Shown: piece after piece, positions 1 through 7,091 of the stretch
Layout of the letters: each line of letters opens with the position of its first letter
Position numbering within the stretch: position 1 is the stretch's first letter
DNA from: Paludibacteraceae bacterium
GTDB lineage: Bacteria; Bacteroidota; Bacteroidia; Bacteroidales; Paludibacteraceae
NCBI GenBank assembly: GCA_905235505.1
Contig: CAJOMJ010000003.1
Span: forward strand, 104-64,103
Length of the DNA stretch: 64,000 nt
Direction of reading: 5' to 3'
Translations under genes and position numbers: made by a program
The notes under the pieces: generated by a model
Databases searched by the model: none
Told to the model about the DNA's origin: nothing
Seen by the model: only the letters and a program-made list of their open reading frames with translations

Positions 1-63
1 AAATGTCTCTACAGGCGAGCACTTGATGATGGAGGAGGAGACGTGACAGTGTCGCGTCTCTAC
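1..63 (+). repeat. 63-bp composite direct repeat, copy 1 (may be truncated by the window edge)
   Basis: aaatgtctctacaggcgAgcacttgatgatggaggaggagacgtgacaGtgtcgcgtctctac recurs at 197-259 with 2 mismatches. Confidence 0.9.
38..63 (-). repeat. REP-like GTAG-footed imperfect palindrome (GAGACGTGACA-n-TGTCGCGTCTC-TAC)
   Basis: 11-bp arms with one conserved T:G mismatch at arm position 7. The GTAG foot reads on the minus strand. Confidence 0.8.
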
Positions 64-180
64 GCAAGTGGACAAAGCAGCCAATCTTGGCTGCTGCGCT
101 CAAAGGGAACTATGGATGCCCGAGTAATGGATGCCCGAATATAATTCGGGCGAAAACGAAGAAATTTTCTTTGCTATTAG

Positions 181-207
181 GAGAGACATTTTGGCAAATG
201 TCTCTAC
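181..207. repeat. Variant palindrome gagagacattt-TGGC-aaatgtctctac sharing the GTCTCTAC end
   Basis: Perfect 11-bp arms read directly. The right arm is the first 12 nt of the 63-bp repeat. Confidence 0.7.
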
Positions 208-259
208 AGGCGGGCACTTGATGATGGAGGAGGAGACGTGACAATGTCGCGTCTCTACA
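197..259 (+). repeat. 63-bp composite direct repeat, copy 2
   Basis: 61/63 identical to 1-63. Confidence 0.9.
234..259 (-). repeat. REP-like GTAG-footed imperfect palindrome
   Basis: gagacgtgacaAtgtcgcgtctctac, same T:G mismatch as the copy at 38-63. Confidence 0.8.
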
Positions 260-372
260 TGTACGCGATGGTTGTAATTCAAACACGAGAGCCGCATGGC
301 AGTGAGGGGAGGCTTTCTTTTCTGCTGTCACACGAAGCAATCACGGCCGCATAGGGCAAACACGCCGCCCGC

Positions 373-456
373 GCCTACTCTAAGCCGAGTGTTAGCCTAC
401 TCCCCCATTTGACACTTTGTCACATTTTCTGCCTTTTTGCTTACGTTTTGCTATTT
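373..456 (+). repeat. 84-bp dispersed repeat, copy 1 (inverted partner at 63249-63332)
   Basis: The reverse complement aligns to 63249-63332 with only a few mismatches. The core is TTTGACACTTTGTCAC. Confidence 0.85.
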
Positions 457-502
457 TCGACCATTCCGTAAAATCTCCGATTCATAATACGATTCATAAT
501 TT

Positions 503-531
503 GTAGAGATGCGACACTGTCACGTCTCTAC
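503..531. repeat. REP-like palindrome with GTAG/CTAC at both feet
   Basis: gtagagatgcgacactgtcacgtctctac. Confidence 0.75.
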
Positions 532-655
532 GTATTTGTCAAAACTTATCAAACCCTTCAACCTTATCTCACTCATTATCAGCGGACATAAAGACATGAG
601 ATAAAAATATTCTCATTTTTTTCGAAAAATATTTGGTCATATCAAAAAATAGCAG

Positions 656-663
656 TACCTTTG
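656..663 (+). promoter_or_regulatory. Bacteroidota sigma-A -7 box (TAcctTTG) for tRNA-Val
   Basis: Matches TAnnTTTG, 25 nt upstream of the tRNA 5' end. Confidence 0.55.
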
Positions 664-687
664 CACCCGCATTTGAGAAAGATGCGA

Positions 688-762
688 GGGCGAATAGCGC
701 AGTTGGTTCAGAGCATCTGCCTTACAAGCAGAGGGTCGGGGGTTCGAATCCCTCTTCGCCCA
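688..762 (+). tRNA. tRNA-Val (anticodon TAC)
   Basis: Cloverleaf folded by hand: acceptor GGGCGAA/TTCGCCC, anticodon loop CTTACAA, T-loop GGTTCGAATCC. Confidence 0.9.
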
Positions 763-765
763 CAG

Positions 766-797
766 AGAAGACTTGAGAAATCAAGTCTTCTTTTTTG
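766..797 (+). terminator. Rho-independent terminator after tRNA-Val
   Basis: agaagacttga-gaaa-tcaagtcttc followed by TTTTTT. Confidence 0.8.
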
Positions 798-816
798 TTA
801 TATAAGGAAAAAGTAT

Positions 817-824
817 TACCTTTG
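817..824 (+). promoter_or_regulatory. -7 box (TAccTTTG) upstream of engB
   Basis: TAnnTTTG match 100 nt upstream of the ATG at 925. Confidence 0.5.
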
Positions 825-873
825 CAGCATAAATAGGGGAATCCGAAGATAACTTATCAACTTACCAACCTAT

Positions 874-899
874 GAGACGTGACAATATCGTGTCTCTAC
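874..899 (-). repeat. REP-like palindrome (degenerate) inside the engB leader
   Basis: gagacgtgacaatatcgtgtctctac, flanked by the 14-bp direct repeat acttaccaacctat (860-873 and 910-923). Confidence 0.7.
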
Positions 900-924
900 A
901 AAAACTCAGACTTACCAACCTATT

Positions 925-1524
925 ATGCAAATCAATTCGGCTACATTCGTCATCTCGAGCCCCGATGTGAGCAGTTGTCCGCAGACCTCGCTGCCTGAGT
1001 ATGCTTTCATCGGCAGGAGTAATGTGGGCAAGTCTTCGCTCATCAACATGCTATGTAACAACAAGGGTCTTGCCAAGACATCCTCCAAACCGGGTAAGAC
1101 TCTGCTCATCAACCATTTTCTCATCAACAACGACTGGCATTTGGTTGACCTCCCCGGCTACGGCTATGCGCAAGCAGGCAAGAGACAGCGCGAGCAGCTC
1201 AGACGAATGATCGAGCGATATTGTCTTTTGCGCGGGCAACTGATTTCGTTGTTTGTGCTTGTTGACATACGTCATGAGGCGCAGCAGATAGACCTTGAGT
1301 TTATGAGTTGGTTAGGCGAGAACGGCATACCTTTCGCCATCGTATTCACCAAGGCCGACAAGCTTGGCAGACAGGCTCAGCAACTCAGCATTGAGGCTTA
1401 CAAACAACGCTTGAGTGAGCAATGGGAAGAGTTGCCGCCTATTTTTATCACCTCATCAGAGAAAGCCATCGGCAGAGACGAGATACTGAGTTATATCGAA
1501 GAGATAAACAAGTCGGTAGGTTGA
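925..1524 (+). CDS. engB: Ribosome biogenesis GTP-binding protein EngB/YihA
   Basis: 199 aa. P-loop [19 protein letters not shown] and TKADK motifs typical of the EngB family. Confidence 0.85.
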   Translation: MQINSATFVISSPDVSSCPQTSLPEYAFIGRSNVGKSSLINMLCNNKGLAKTSSKPGKTLLINHFLINNDWHLVDLPGYGYAQAGKRQREQLRRMIERYCLLRGQLISLFVLVDIRHEAQQIDLEFMSWLGENGIPFAIVFTKADKLGRQAQQLSIEAYKQRLSEQWEELPPIFITSSEKAIGRDEILSYIEEINKSVG

Positions 1525-1543
1525 CAAGTCTGACAAATACACA

Positions 1544-1566
1544 GAGACGCGGCATTGTCACGTCTC
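1544..1566 (+). repeat. REP-like palindrome (foot degenerated to ACAG), 20 nt after the engB stop
   Basis: gagacgcggcattgtcacgtctc. Confidence 0.65.
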
Positions 1567-1680
1567 AATGAAAAAATAAAAACTAAAAAGTAAAAAAGCA
1601 CTTAATGTGATGTGAGTAATGAAAGATTCGAAGTTCTATATACTGAATAAAGGTTTATACTTTCATTCAAAAACGTATAA
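1567..1680 (-). repeat. Partial copy (~114 bp) of the MITE-like element at 5788-5962
   Basis: The A-rich arm aatgaaaaaataaaaactaaaaagtaaaaaagcac, and the segment actgaataaaggtttatactttcattcaaaaacgtata, align to the reverse complement of 5853-5962. Confidence 0.75.
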
Positions 1681-2809
1681 ATACGGAATAAGCATCCGGT
1701 TAGTTGTTATATGTTGTGCCACGCTTCTGTGCGGCTGCAGACAGAAACCGTTACAGAGCGATATTCAGATTCCCGAAGGGCAGTATGCGCAGGGTTTTGT
1801 GCTAACACAACACGACGGCTACACTAAGGCTGTGATATTCGACCCTTGGGAAAAAGGCAGAGTGATGCAGACCTACTATTTAGTATCTGACCTCACTGAC
1901 TCCGCCCTCTTGCCGTCGGCAGATGACGGCATCATAGTCAGAGTGCCTGTTCACCGCCTTGCTGCCACCTCATGCACGCATGTGGGCTTTCTTCAGGCAA
2001 TAGGTGAGACACGCTCTCTCTGCGGTATCTGCTCGCCCAAACTCGTATATACGCCCATACCAAAGGAAGACGAAGGTTGCGCCGACCTTGGAGACGCCAT
2101 GCAGGTCAACCCCGAGCGGGTTCTGCTTACTCACCCCGACGCAGTGATGATAAGCACATACGCACAAGGTGACGGTGTACGACAATACTTCGAAAAAACC
2201 GATATTCCGATAATCTACAACAACGAGTGGACAGAGAGTTCGCCGCTTGCACGCGCCGAGTGGATAAGACTCATAGGTGCTTTCTACGACAAACAACCAC
2301 TTGCAGACAGTATCTTTCGCAGTGTAGAACAACAATATAACCAACTCCGGCAACAAGTGAGCGAACAGGTAGGTGAGAAACGCACACTTATGGCAGGCAA
2401 CAATTTCCGCGGCACCTGGTATATGCCAAGCGGGAAAGTCTATACAGGGCAGCTGTACAGAGACGCAGGTGCCGACTATTACTATCAAAACGATTCCACC
2501 AACGGCAGTATCCCACTCACCATCGAAAGCGTTCTGCTCAAGTTCCGCAACGCAGACGTGTGGGTCAACAGTACTGCGCGTAGTATGAAAGAACTACGGC
2601 AGATTGACGAGAAACATACATGGTTCAAGGCATACGAGACAGGCGAAGTATATAATTTTCTCCGTCGCAGCACCGACTATGGGGCAAACGATTTTTGGGA
2701 GACTGCCGTAGTACACCCCGAACAACTACTGCAAGACCTCGTGTGGGTACTCTACCCCGACCTCCTGCCGGCTGACTATGAACCGCGATATACAGAAAAA
2801 CTGGAATGA
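1619..2809 (+). CDS. Periplasmic-binding-protein type 2 (BtuF/FhuD-like) ABC substrate-binding lipoprotein
   Basis: 396 aa. Lipobox LLCGC at residues 36-40. The RLAATSCTHVGFLQAIGE segment resembles cobalamin/siderophore binding proteins. The first ~20 codons lie inside the repeat at 1567-1680. Confidence 0.6.
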   Translation: MKDSKFYILNKGLYFHSKTYKYGISIRLVVICCATLLCGCRQKPLQSDIQIPEGQYAQGFVLTQHDGYTKAVIFDPWEKGRVMQTYYLVSDLTDSALLPSADDGIIVRVPVHRLAATSCTHVGFLQAIGETRSLCGICSPKLVYTPIPKEDEGCADLGDAMQVNPERVLLTHPDAVMISTYAQGDGVRQYFEKTDIPIIYNNEWTESSPLARAEWIRLIGAFYDKQPLADSIFRSVEQQYNQLRQQVSEQVGEKRTLMAGNNFRGTWYMPSGKVYTGQLYRDAGADYYYQNDSTNGSIPLTIESVLLKFRNADVWVNSTARSMKELRQIDEKHTWFKAYETGEVYNFLRRSTDYGANDFWETAVVHPEQLLQDLVWVLYPDLLPADYEPRYTEKLE

Positions 2810-2833
2810 CAAGTCTGAGAAGTTCAATTAAAT

Positions 2834-3514
2834 ATGAACATAGGTCTTTTATATAAAAACACTCTTGACGAGGAGCAGAAACTGTTTGTGCAGACTCTTG
2901 CGCAACAAACATCACGCATGCTCTATACTACCGACATCATCCCAGCTGATGCCGATGCAACCGAACAACTGTGCGACAACGAGAGTATCGACCTGCTGTT
3001 CATCTCCTGCCGCAACAACCGGCGCGACATACAACACTATCTCAACCTCTGCCGGAATCTCAGACTGCCGTATATCTTTCTCACCGACACTATGCAGATT
3101 CCCCGGACAATCGCGACGACTGTCTCGCCCGTCAGTATGCTTGAAGAAGAAGTACATAAAGCAGAGATTCTCACTCACCTCGCACGCTTCACCGGCACAC
3201 ACATTCTGTTTCTGCTTGCCAACGACTACGGTAGCCGCGCAGAGCAGAACCTCAATAAGATTCTCACCGCTCTGCAATCGCTAAATATCAACGCCGAAAC
3301 ACTGAAAGCGGACAAAGACAGTTTCGCCGTCAACAAAGAAGCAGCAGAGAAAACAAGACAACTCTCCGCCGGCATGCTCGTACTCACCGCCTCGCGCGAC
3401 TACGGGCTCGATGACATTTTCTTCGGACCACAAGAACTGCACGCCATCCGGAAAAGTCACTGCCCCGTGCTGATGCTTAACCCGCGCGGAGACCTGTATT
3501 CACTTTGCGACTAA
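2834..3514 (+). CDS. Hypothetical protein, possibly a divergent universal-stress-protein-like fold
   Basis: 226-aa ORF packed between neighbouring genes. The C-terminal LVLTASRDYGLDDIFFGPQELHAIRKSHCPVLMLNP is weakly Usp-like. Confidence 0.45.
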   Translation: MNIGLLYKNTLDEEQKLFVQTLAQQTSRMLYTTDIIPADADATEQLCDNESIDLLFISCRNNRRDIQHYLNLCRNLRLPYIFLTDTMQIPRTIATTVSPVSMLEEEVHKAEILTHLARFTGTHILFLLANDYGSRAEQNLNKILTALQSLNINAETLKADKDSFAVNKEAAEKTRQLSAGMLVLTASRDYGLDDIFFGPQELHAIRKSHCPVLMLNPRGDLYSLCD

Positions 3515-3529
3515 ACCCATTCACACAAC

Positions 3530-4834
3530 ATGACACAACAGACTGCCATACTCGTAGGACTTATTACTCCTGAGCAACCCGAAGAGAGAACTCAGGAATA
3601 CCTTGACGAACTCGCCTTTCTTGCCGATACCGACAATATCGTACCCGTAAAACGATTCATACAACGTATTGACAGACCCGACACCAACACCTATGTAGGC
3701 TCGGGCAAGATACGAGAGATACGACAATATATAGAAGACTGCGGAAGAAAAGCCTCCGAAAGCAAGTCGGACGAAAACGCTTCGCCTGATTCTCTGACCG
3801 CAAAACCTGTCGAACTCATTATCTTCGACGACGAACTCTCGCCCCGCCAACTGCGTAACATCGAGCGGGAACTCAACACCGGTCTGCCAAAAGAGATTCC
3901 TATGGTCAGAATAATGGATAGAACCATTCTCATCCTCGAAATCTTCCTCCTCCGCGCACAAACGAGTTATGCCAAGACGCAGGTCGAAATGGCTCACCTG
4001 CAATACATGCTTCCCCGCCTTACACGTATGTGGACCCACCTCGACCGGCAGCGGGGCGGAGGAAACACCTCGCGAGGTATGGGAGAGACACAGATTGAAG
4101 CCGACAAACGTATCATCAACCAGCGTATCGCATTGCTCAAAGAAGAACTCAAAAAGATTGACCGGCAGATGATGACACAGCGCCGGAACCGTGGCAAAAT
4201 GGTAAGGGTCGCACTTGTCGGCTACACCAATGTCGGCAAATCGACACTCATGAACCTCCTCTCCAAATCTGATGTCTTCGCAGAGAACAAACTCTTTGCC
4301 ACTCTCGATACTACCGTCAGAAAAGTTACTATCGACAACCTCCCCTTCCTTCTCTCCGACACTGTCGGATTCATTCGCAAACTGCCTCACAACCTCATCG
4401 AATCGTTCAAATCCACTCTCGATGAAGTGCGCGAAGCCGACCTGCTTATTCACGTCGTTGATATCTCACACCCTAACTTCGAAGAACAATACGAGGTTGT
4501 AGAACAAACCATTGCCGAAATAACTAACAACGGCTCGCACAAAAACACTATCCCCACCATTGTGGTCTTCAACAAGACTGATGCCTTCTCATATACCCCA
4601 AAAGACGAAGACGACCTCACACCCGTGCGCAAAGAGAACCTCACTCTCGAACAACTGCAGCGCACTTGGATGGCACGACTCGGCAGCACCGACGGCCAAC
4701 CCAACTGCATCTTCATCTCAGCTAAACAGAAACAAGGCATCGAGCAACTCAAACAGGTGATGTACGAGAATATCAAACGCATTCACATTCAACGATACCC
4801 TTACAACGACTTCCTCTTTCAAAAATATGAATAA
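3530..4834 (+). CDS. hflX: GTPase HflX
   Basis: 434 aa. G-domain GYTNVGKSTLMN, DTVGF, NKTD, preceded by an HflX-type N-terminal domain. Confidence 0.9.
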   Translation: MTQQTAILVGLITPEQPEERTQEYLDELAFLADTDNIVPVKRFIQRIDRPDTNTYVGSGKIREIRQYIEDCGRKASESKSDENASPDSLTAKPVELIIFDDELSPRQLRNIERELNTGLPKEIPMVRIMDRTILILEIFLLRAQTSYAKTQVEMAHLQYMLPRLTRMWTHLDRQRGGGNTSRGMGETQIEADKRIINQRIALLKEELKKIDRQMMTQRRNRGKMVRVALVGYTNVGKSTLMNLLSKSDVFAENKLFATLDTTVRKVTIDNLPFLLSDTVGFIRKLPHNLIESFKSTLDEVREADLLIHVVDISHPNFEEQYEVVEQTIAEITNNGSHKNTIPTIVVFNKTDAFSYTPKDEDDLTPVRKENLTLEQLQRTWMARLGSTDGQPNCIFISAKQKQGIEQLKQVMYENIKRIHIQRYPYNDFLFQKYE

Positions 4835-4836
4835 CT

Positions 4837-5727
4837 ATGCTTGTCTCTGTCATCGGGGGTGCTAACTTCGACATTTCGGCAGCACTCAGTAACAATTTTA
4901 TCGCCAACGACTCCAACCCTGGGCACGTCACTCTCGGTCATGGAGGAGTGGCACGCAACATAGCGCACAACCTCTGCCTTATGGGTATCCCCGTGAGGTT
5001 CGTCTCCGTGTTTGGTAATGACATCTTCGGCGGACTCATCTACGACCAATGCAAACACTATGGTATGGATATGAGTCTCAGCGAACGACTCACAGACGAA
5101 CGCACCGGCATGTATCTGTGCATCAACAACCATGTCGGAGAGATGATTGCCGCCGTAGCCGACACCGACATCATTCACAACATCACACCCGGGTTTATAG
5201 AGAAACGCACCGGCCTGCTCAATCAGTCCGACTGTATCATCGCTGACACCAATCTGCCCGAAAACACTCTCCGATACCTCATGGAGAACAGCACCTCACC
5301 CTTGTTCATCGACGCTGTCAGCACCACCAAAGCGCACCGCGTGGTTAATGCTCTCGCCAAATGCAAACTGCCGCACCTGCACACTCTCAAACTCAATCAG
5401 AAAGAGGCGCTCGCCGTCACCAACACCAATACCTATGCCGAAGCGGCTCAGTGTCTTATGGATTCCGGTGTGGAATATCTGTATATCACCCTCGGCAGCG
5501 AGGGCGTCTATTGTAGACATGCAGGCGAAGAATGGCTCTTCCCCGCACTGCCCGTGGAGATAGTCAATACCACCGGTGCAGGAGACGCTTTCCTCGCCGG
5601 TGTAGTTCTCGCACACCTCAAAGACATACCCTTTCCGCAAACCGCACAATACGGACTCATGGCAGCAAGAACCACACTCCTCTCCACAAAAGCCGTCAAC
5701 CCCGACATCGCCAACATACTGCTATAA
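4837..5727 (+). CDS. psuK: PfkB-family carbohydrate kinase, probable pseudouridine kinase
   Basis: 296 aa. GGANFDI, GGVARNIAHN and NTTGAGDAF motifs. The downstream gene is psuG. Confidence 0.7.
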   Translation: MLVSVIGGANFDISAALSNNFIANDSNPGHVTLGHGGVARNIAHNLCLMGIPVRFVSVFGNDIFGGLIYDQCKHYGMDMSLSERLTDERTGMYLCINNHVGEMIAAVADTDIIHNITPGFIEKRTGLLNQSDCIIADTNLPENTLRYLMENSTSPLFIDAVSTTKAHRVVNALAKCKLPHLHTLKLNQKEALAVTNTNTYAEAAQCLMDSGVEYLYITLGSEGVYCRHAGEEWLFPALPVEIVNTTGAGDAFLAGVVLAHLKDIPFPQTAQYGLMAARTTLLSTKAVNPDIANILL

Positions 5728-5751
5728 CCAATATGAATCCCCATTCACAAC

Positions 5752-5777
5752 GTAGAGACACGACACCGTCACGTCTC
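5752..5777 (+). repeat. REP-like GTAG-footed palindrome, 25 nt after the psuK stop
   Basis: gtagagacacgacaccgtcacgtctc, 24/26 identical to the copy at 7092-7117. Confidence 0.8.
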
Positions 5778-5787
5778 CCCAATTGGA

Positions 5788-5962
5788 AATTAAAAAGTAA
5801 TAATTAAAAAATAAAAAAGCATTGTACTATGCAATAGAAAAGTGTACGATGATATACGTTTTTGAATGAAAGCATAAACCATTATTCAGTTGATAAATCT
5901 TTCGAACCTTTTCAGTACTCTTATTTAGTGCCTTTTTCATTTTTCATTTTTACTTTTTCATT
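5788..5962. mobile_element. MITE-like non-autonomous element (~175 bp) with ~35-bp A/T-rich terminal inverted repeats
   Basis: The left arm aattaaaaagtaataattaaaaaataaaaaagcat (5788-5822) is the reverse complement of the right arm tgcctttttcatttttcatttttactttttcatt (5928-5962). It has no coding capacity. A partial copy lies at 1567-1680. Confidence 0.6.
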
Positions 5963-6040
5963 CTAAACCACTCTAAACAACCCTAAACAATTCTAAACCA
6001 CCCTAAACCACTCTAAACAATTCTAAACAACACTAAACTT
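5961..6040 (+). repeat. Tandem repeat, 8 x 10 bp (yyCTAAACmA), ending 8 nt upstream of the psuG ATG
   Basis: ttctaaacca ctctaaacaa ccctaaacaa ttctaaacca ccctaaacca ctctaaacaa ttctaaacaa cactaaactt. Confidence 0.95.
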
Positions 6041-6048
6041 ATCGTATC

Positions 6049-6969
6049 ATGAATCACTACCTCTCTATCTCATCTGAAGTGCAGACTGCCCTCCGCGAAG
6101 GCAGACCCGTCGTCGCCCTCGAATCCACTATCATCTCGCACGGCATGCCGTACCCGCAAAATGTGGAAACAGCATTGCGCGTAGAACAGACTATCCGCGA
6201 CAACGGAGCCGTACCTGCCACTATCGCTATCATCAAAGGCAAACTCAAAGCCGGATGCACCAACAACGAAATCGAATACCTCGGCAAGAAAGGCACTCTC
6301 GTAACCAAAGCCTCACGACGCGACCTGCCCGTGCTCATTGCTACTAATGCCGACGGCGCAACCACTGTCACCACCACCATGATGATTGCCGCTATGGCAG
6401 GCATACGCGTCTTTGCCACCGGAGGCATCGGAGGAGTACACCGCGGAGCAACCTCCACCATGGATATCTCTGCCGACCTCGAAGAACTCGCACAAACACA
6501 AGTGATGGTTATCTGTGCCGGCGCCAAGTCTATTCTTGACCTCGGGCTCACTCTCGAATATCTCGAGACTAAAGGCGTACCCGTCATCGGTTATCAGACC
6601 GGCGAACTGCCCGCTTTCTATACAAGGCATAGCGGTTTCAGTGTGGACTATCAGGCCAACTCGCCCGAAGAACTCGCACATATCTTCCAAACAAAAATCC
6701 AACTCGGACTCAAAGGCGGTATGCTCGTCACCAACCCTATTCCCGAACAATACTCCATGCCGGTAGATGTTATAAATCAGGCTATCGACCAAGCCGTCAG
6801 TGAAGCAGGGCAACTCGGCATACACGGTAAACAACTCACTCCCTTCCTCCTCGCCAAAGTCAAAGAACTCACAGGCGGACTCAGTCTCGACGCTAACATA
6901 CAACTCGTACTCAACAACGCCCGACTCGCAGCACTGACCGCCAAACAGCTCGCTACATACAAGGCATAA
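6049..6969 (+). CDS. psuG: Pseudouridine-5'-phosphate glycosidase
   Basis: 306 aa. ALESTIISHGMPYPQN and GGIGGVHRG motifs characteristic of the PsuG/YeiN family. Confidence 0.9.
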   Translation: MNHYLSISSEVQTALREGRPVVALESTIISHGMPYPQNVETALRVEQTIRDNGAVPATIAIIKGKLKAGCTNNEIEYLGKKGTLVTKASRRDLPVLIATNADGATTVTTTMMIAAMAGIRVFATGGIGGVHRGATSTMDISADLEELAQTQVMVICAGAKSILDLGLTLEYLETKGVPVIGYQTGELPAFYTRHSGFSVDYQANSPEELAHIFQTKIQLGLKGGMLVTNPIPEQYSMPVDVINQAIDQAVSEAGQLGIHGKQLTPFLLAKVKELTGGLSLDANIQLVLNNARLAALTAKQLATYKA

Positions 6970-7048
6970 ATATCGACTTTGACGCAAAATGTCATGCCAA
7001 AACGACATTTTGGCATAAAATGTTTACTGTTGTCACATAAAAACGCCT

Positions 7049-7056
7049 TACCTTTG
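7049..7056 (+). promoter_or_regulatory. -7 box (TAccTTTG) upstream of the TPR/AraC regulator operon
   Basis: TAnnTTTG match 84 nt upstream of the ATG at 7140. Confidence 0.5.
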
Positions 7057-7091
7057 CGACTGAAATTACACACCCTCAAGAAACAATTCAT

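Noticed and set aside
1-259. Possible CRISPR array (repeated palindromic units with spacers)
   Set aside because: There are only two copies of the 63-bp unit, the interval (133 bp) is far too long and itself repetitive, and there are no cas genes. The same palindrome is scattered singly across the window.
661-852. A 63-aa ORF overlapping tRNA-Val, and ORFs at 60089-60366 overlapping the tRNA cluster
   Set aside because: These are spurious translations of structural RNA genes.
1525-1618. A cobalamin riboswitch expected upstream of the BtuF-like binding-protein gene
   Set aside because: Only 94 nt are available. They are occupied by a REP-like palindrome and an A-rich repeat arm, and no B12-box-like sequence is visible.
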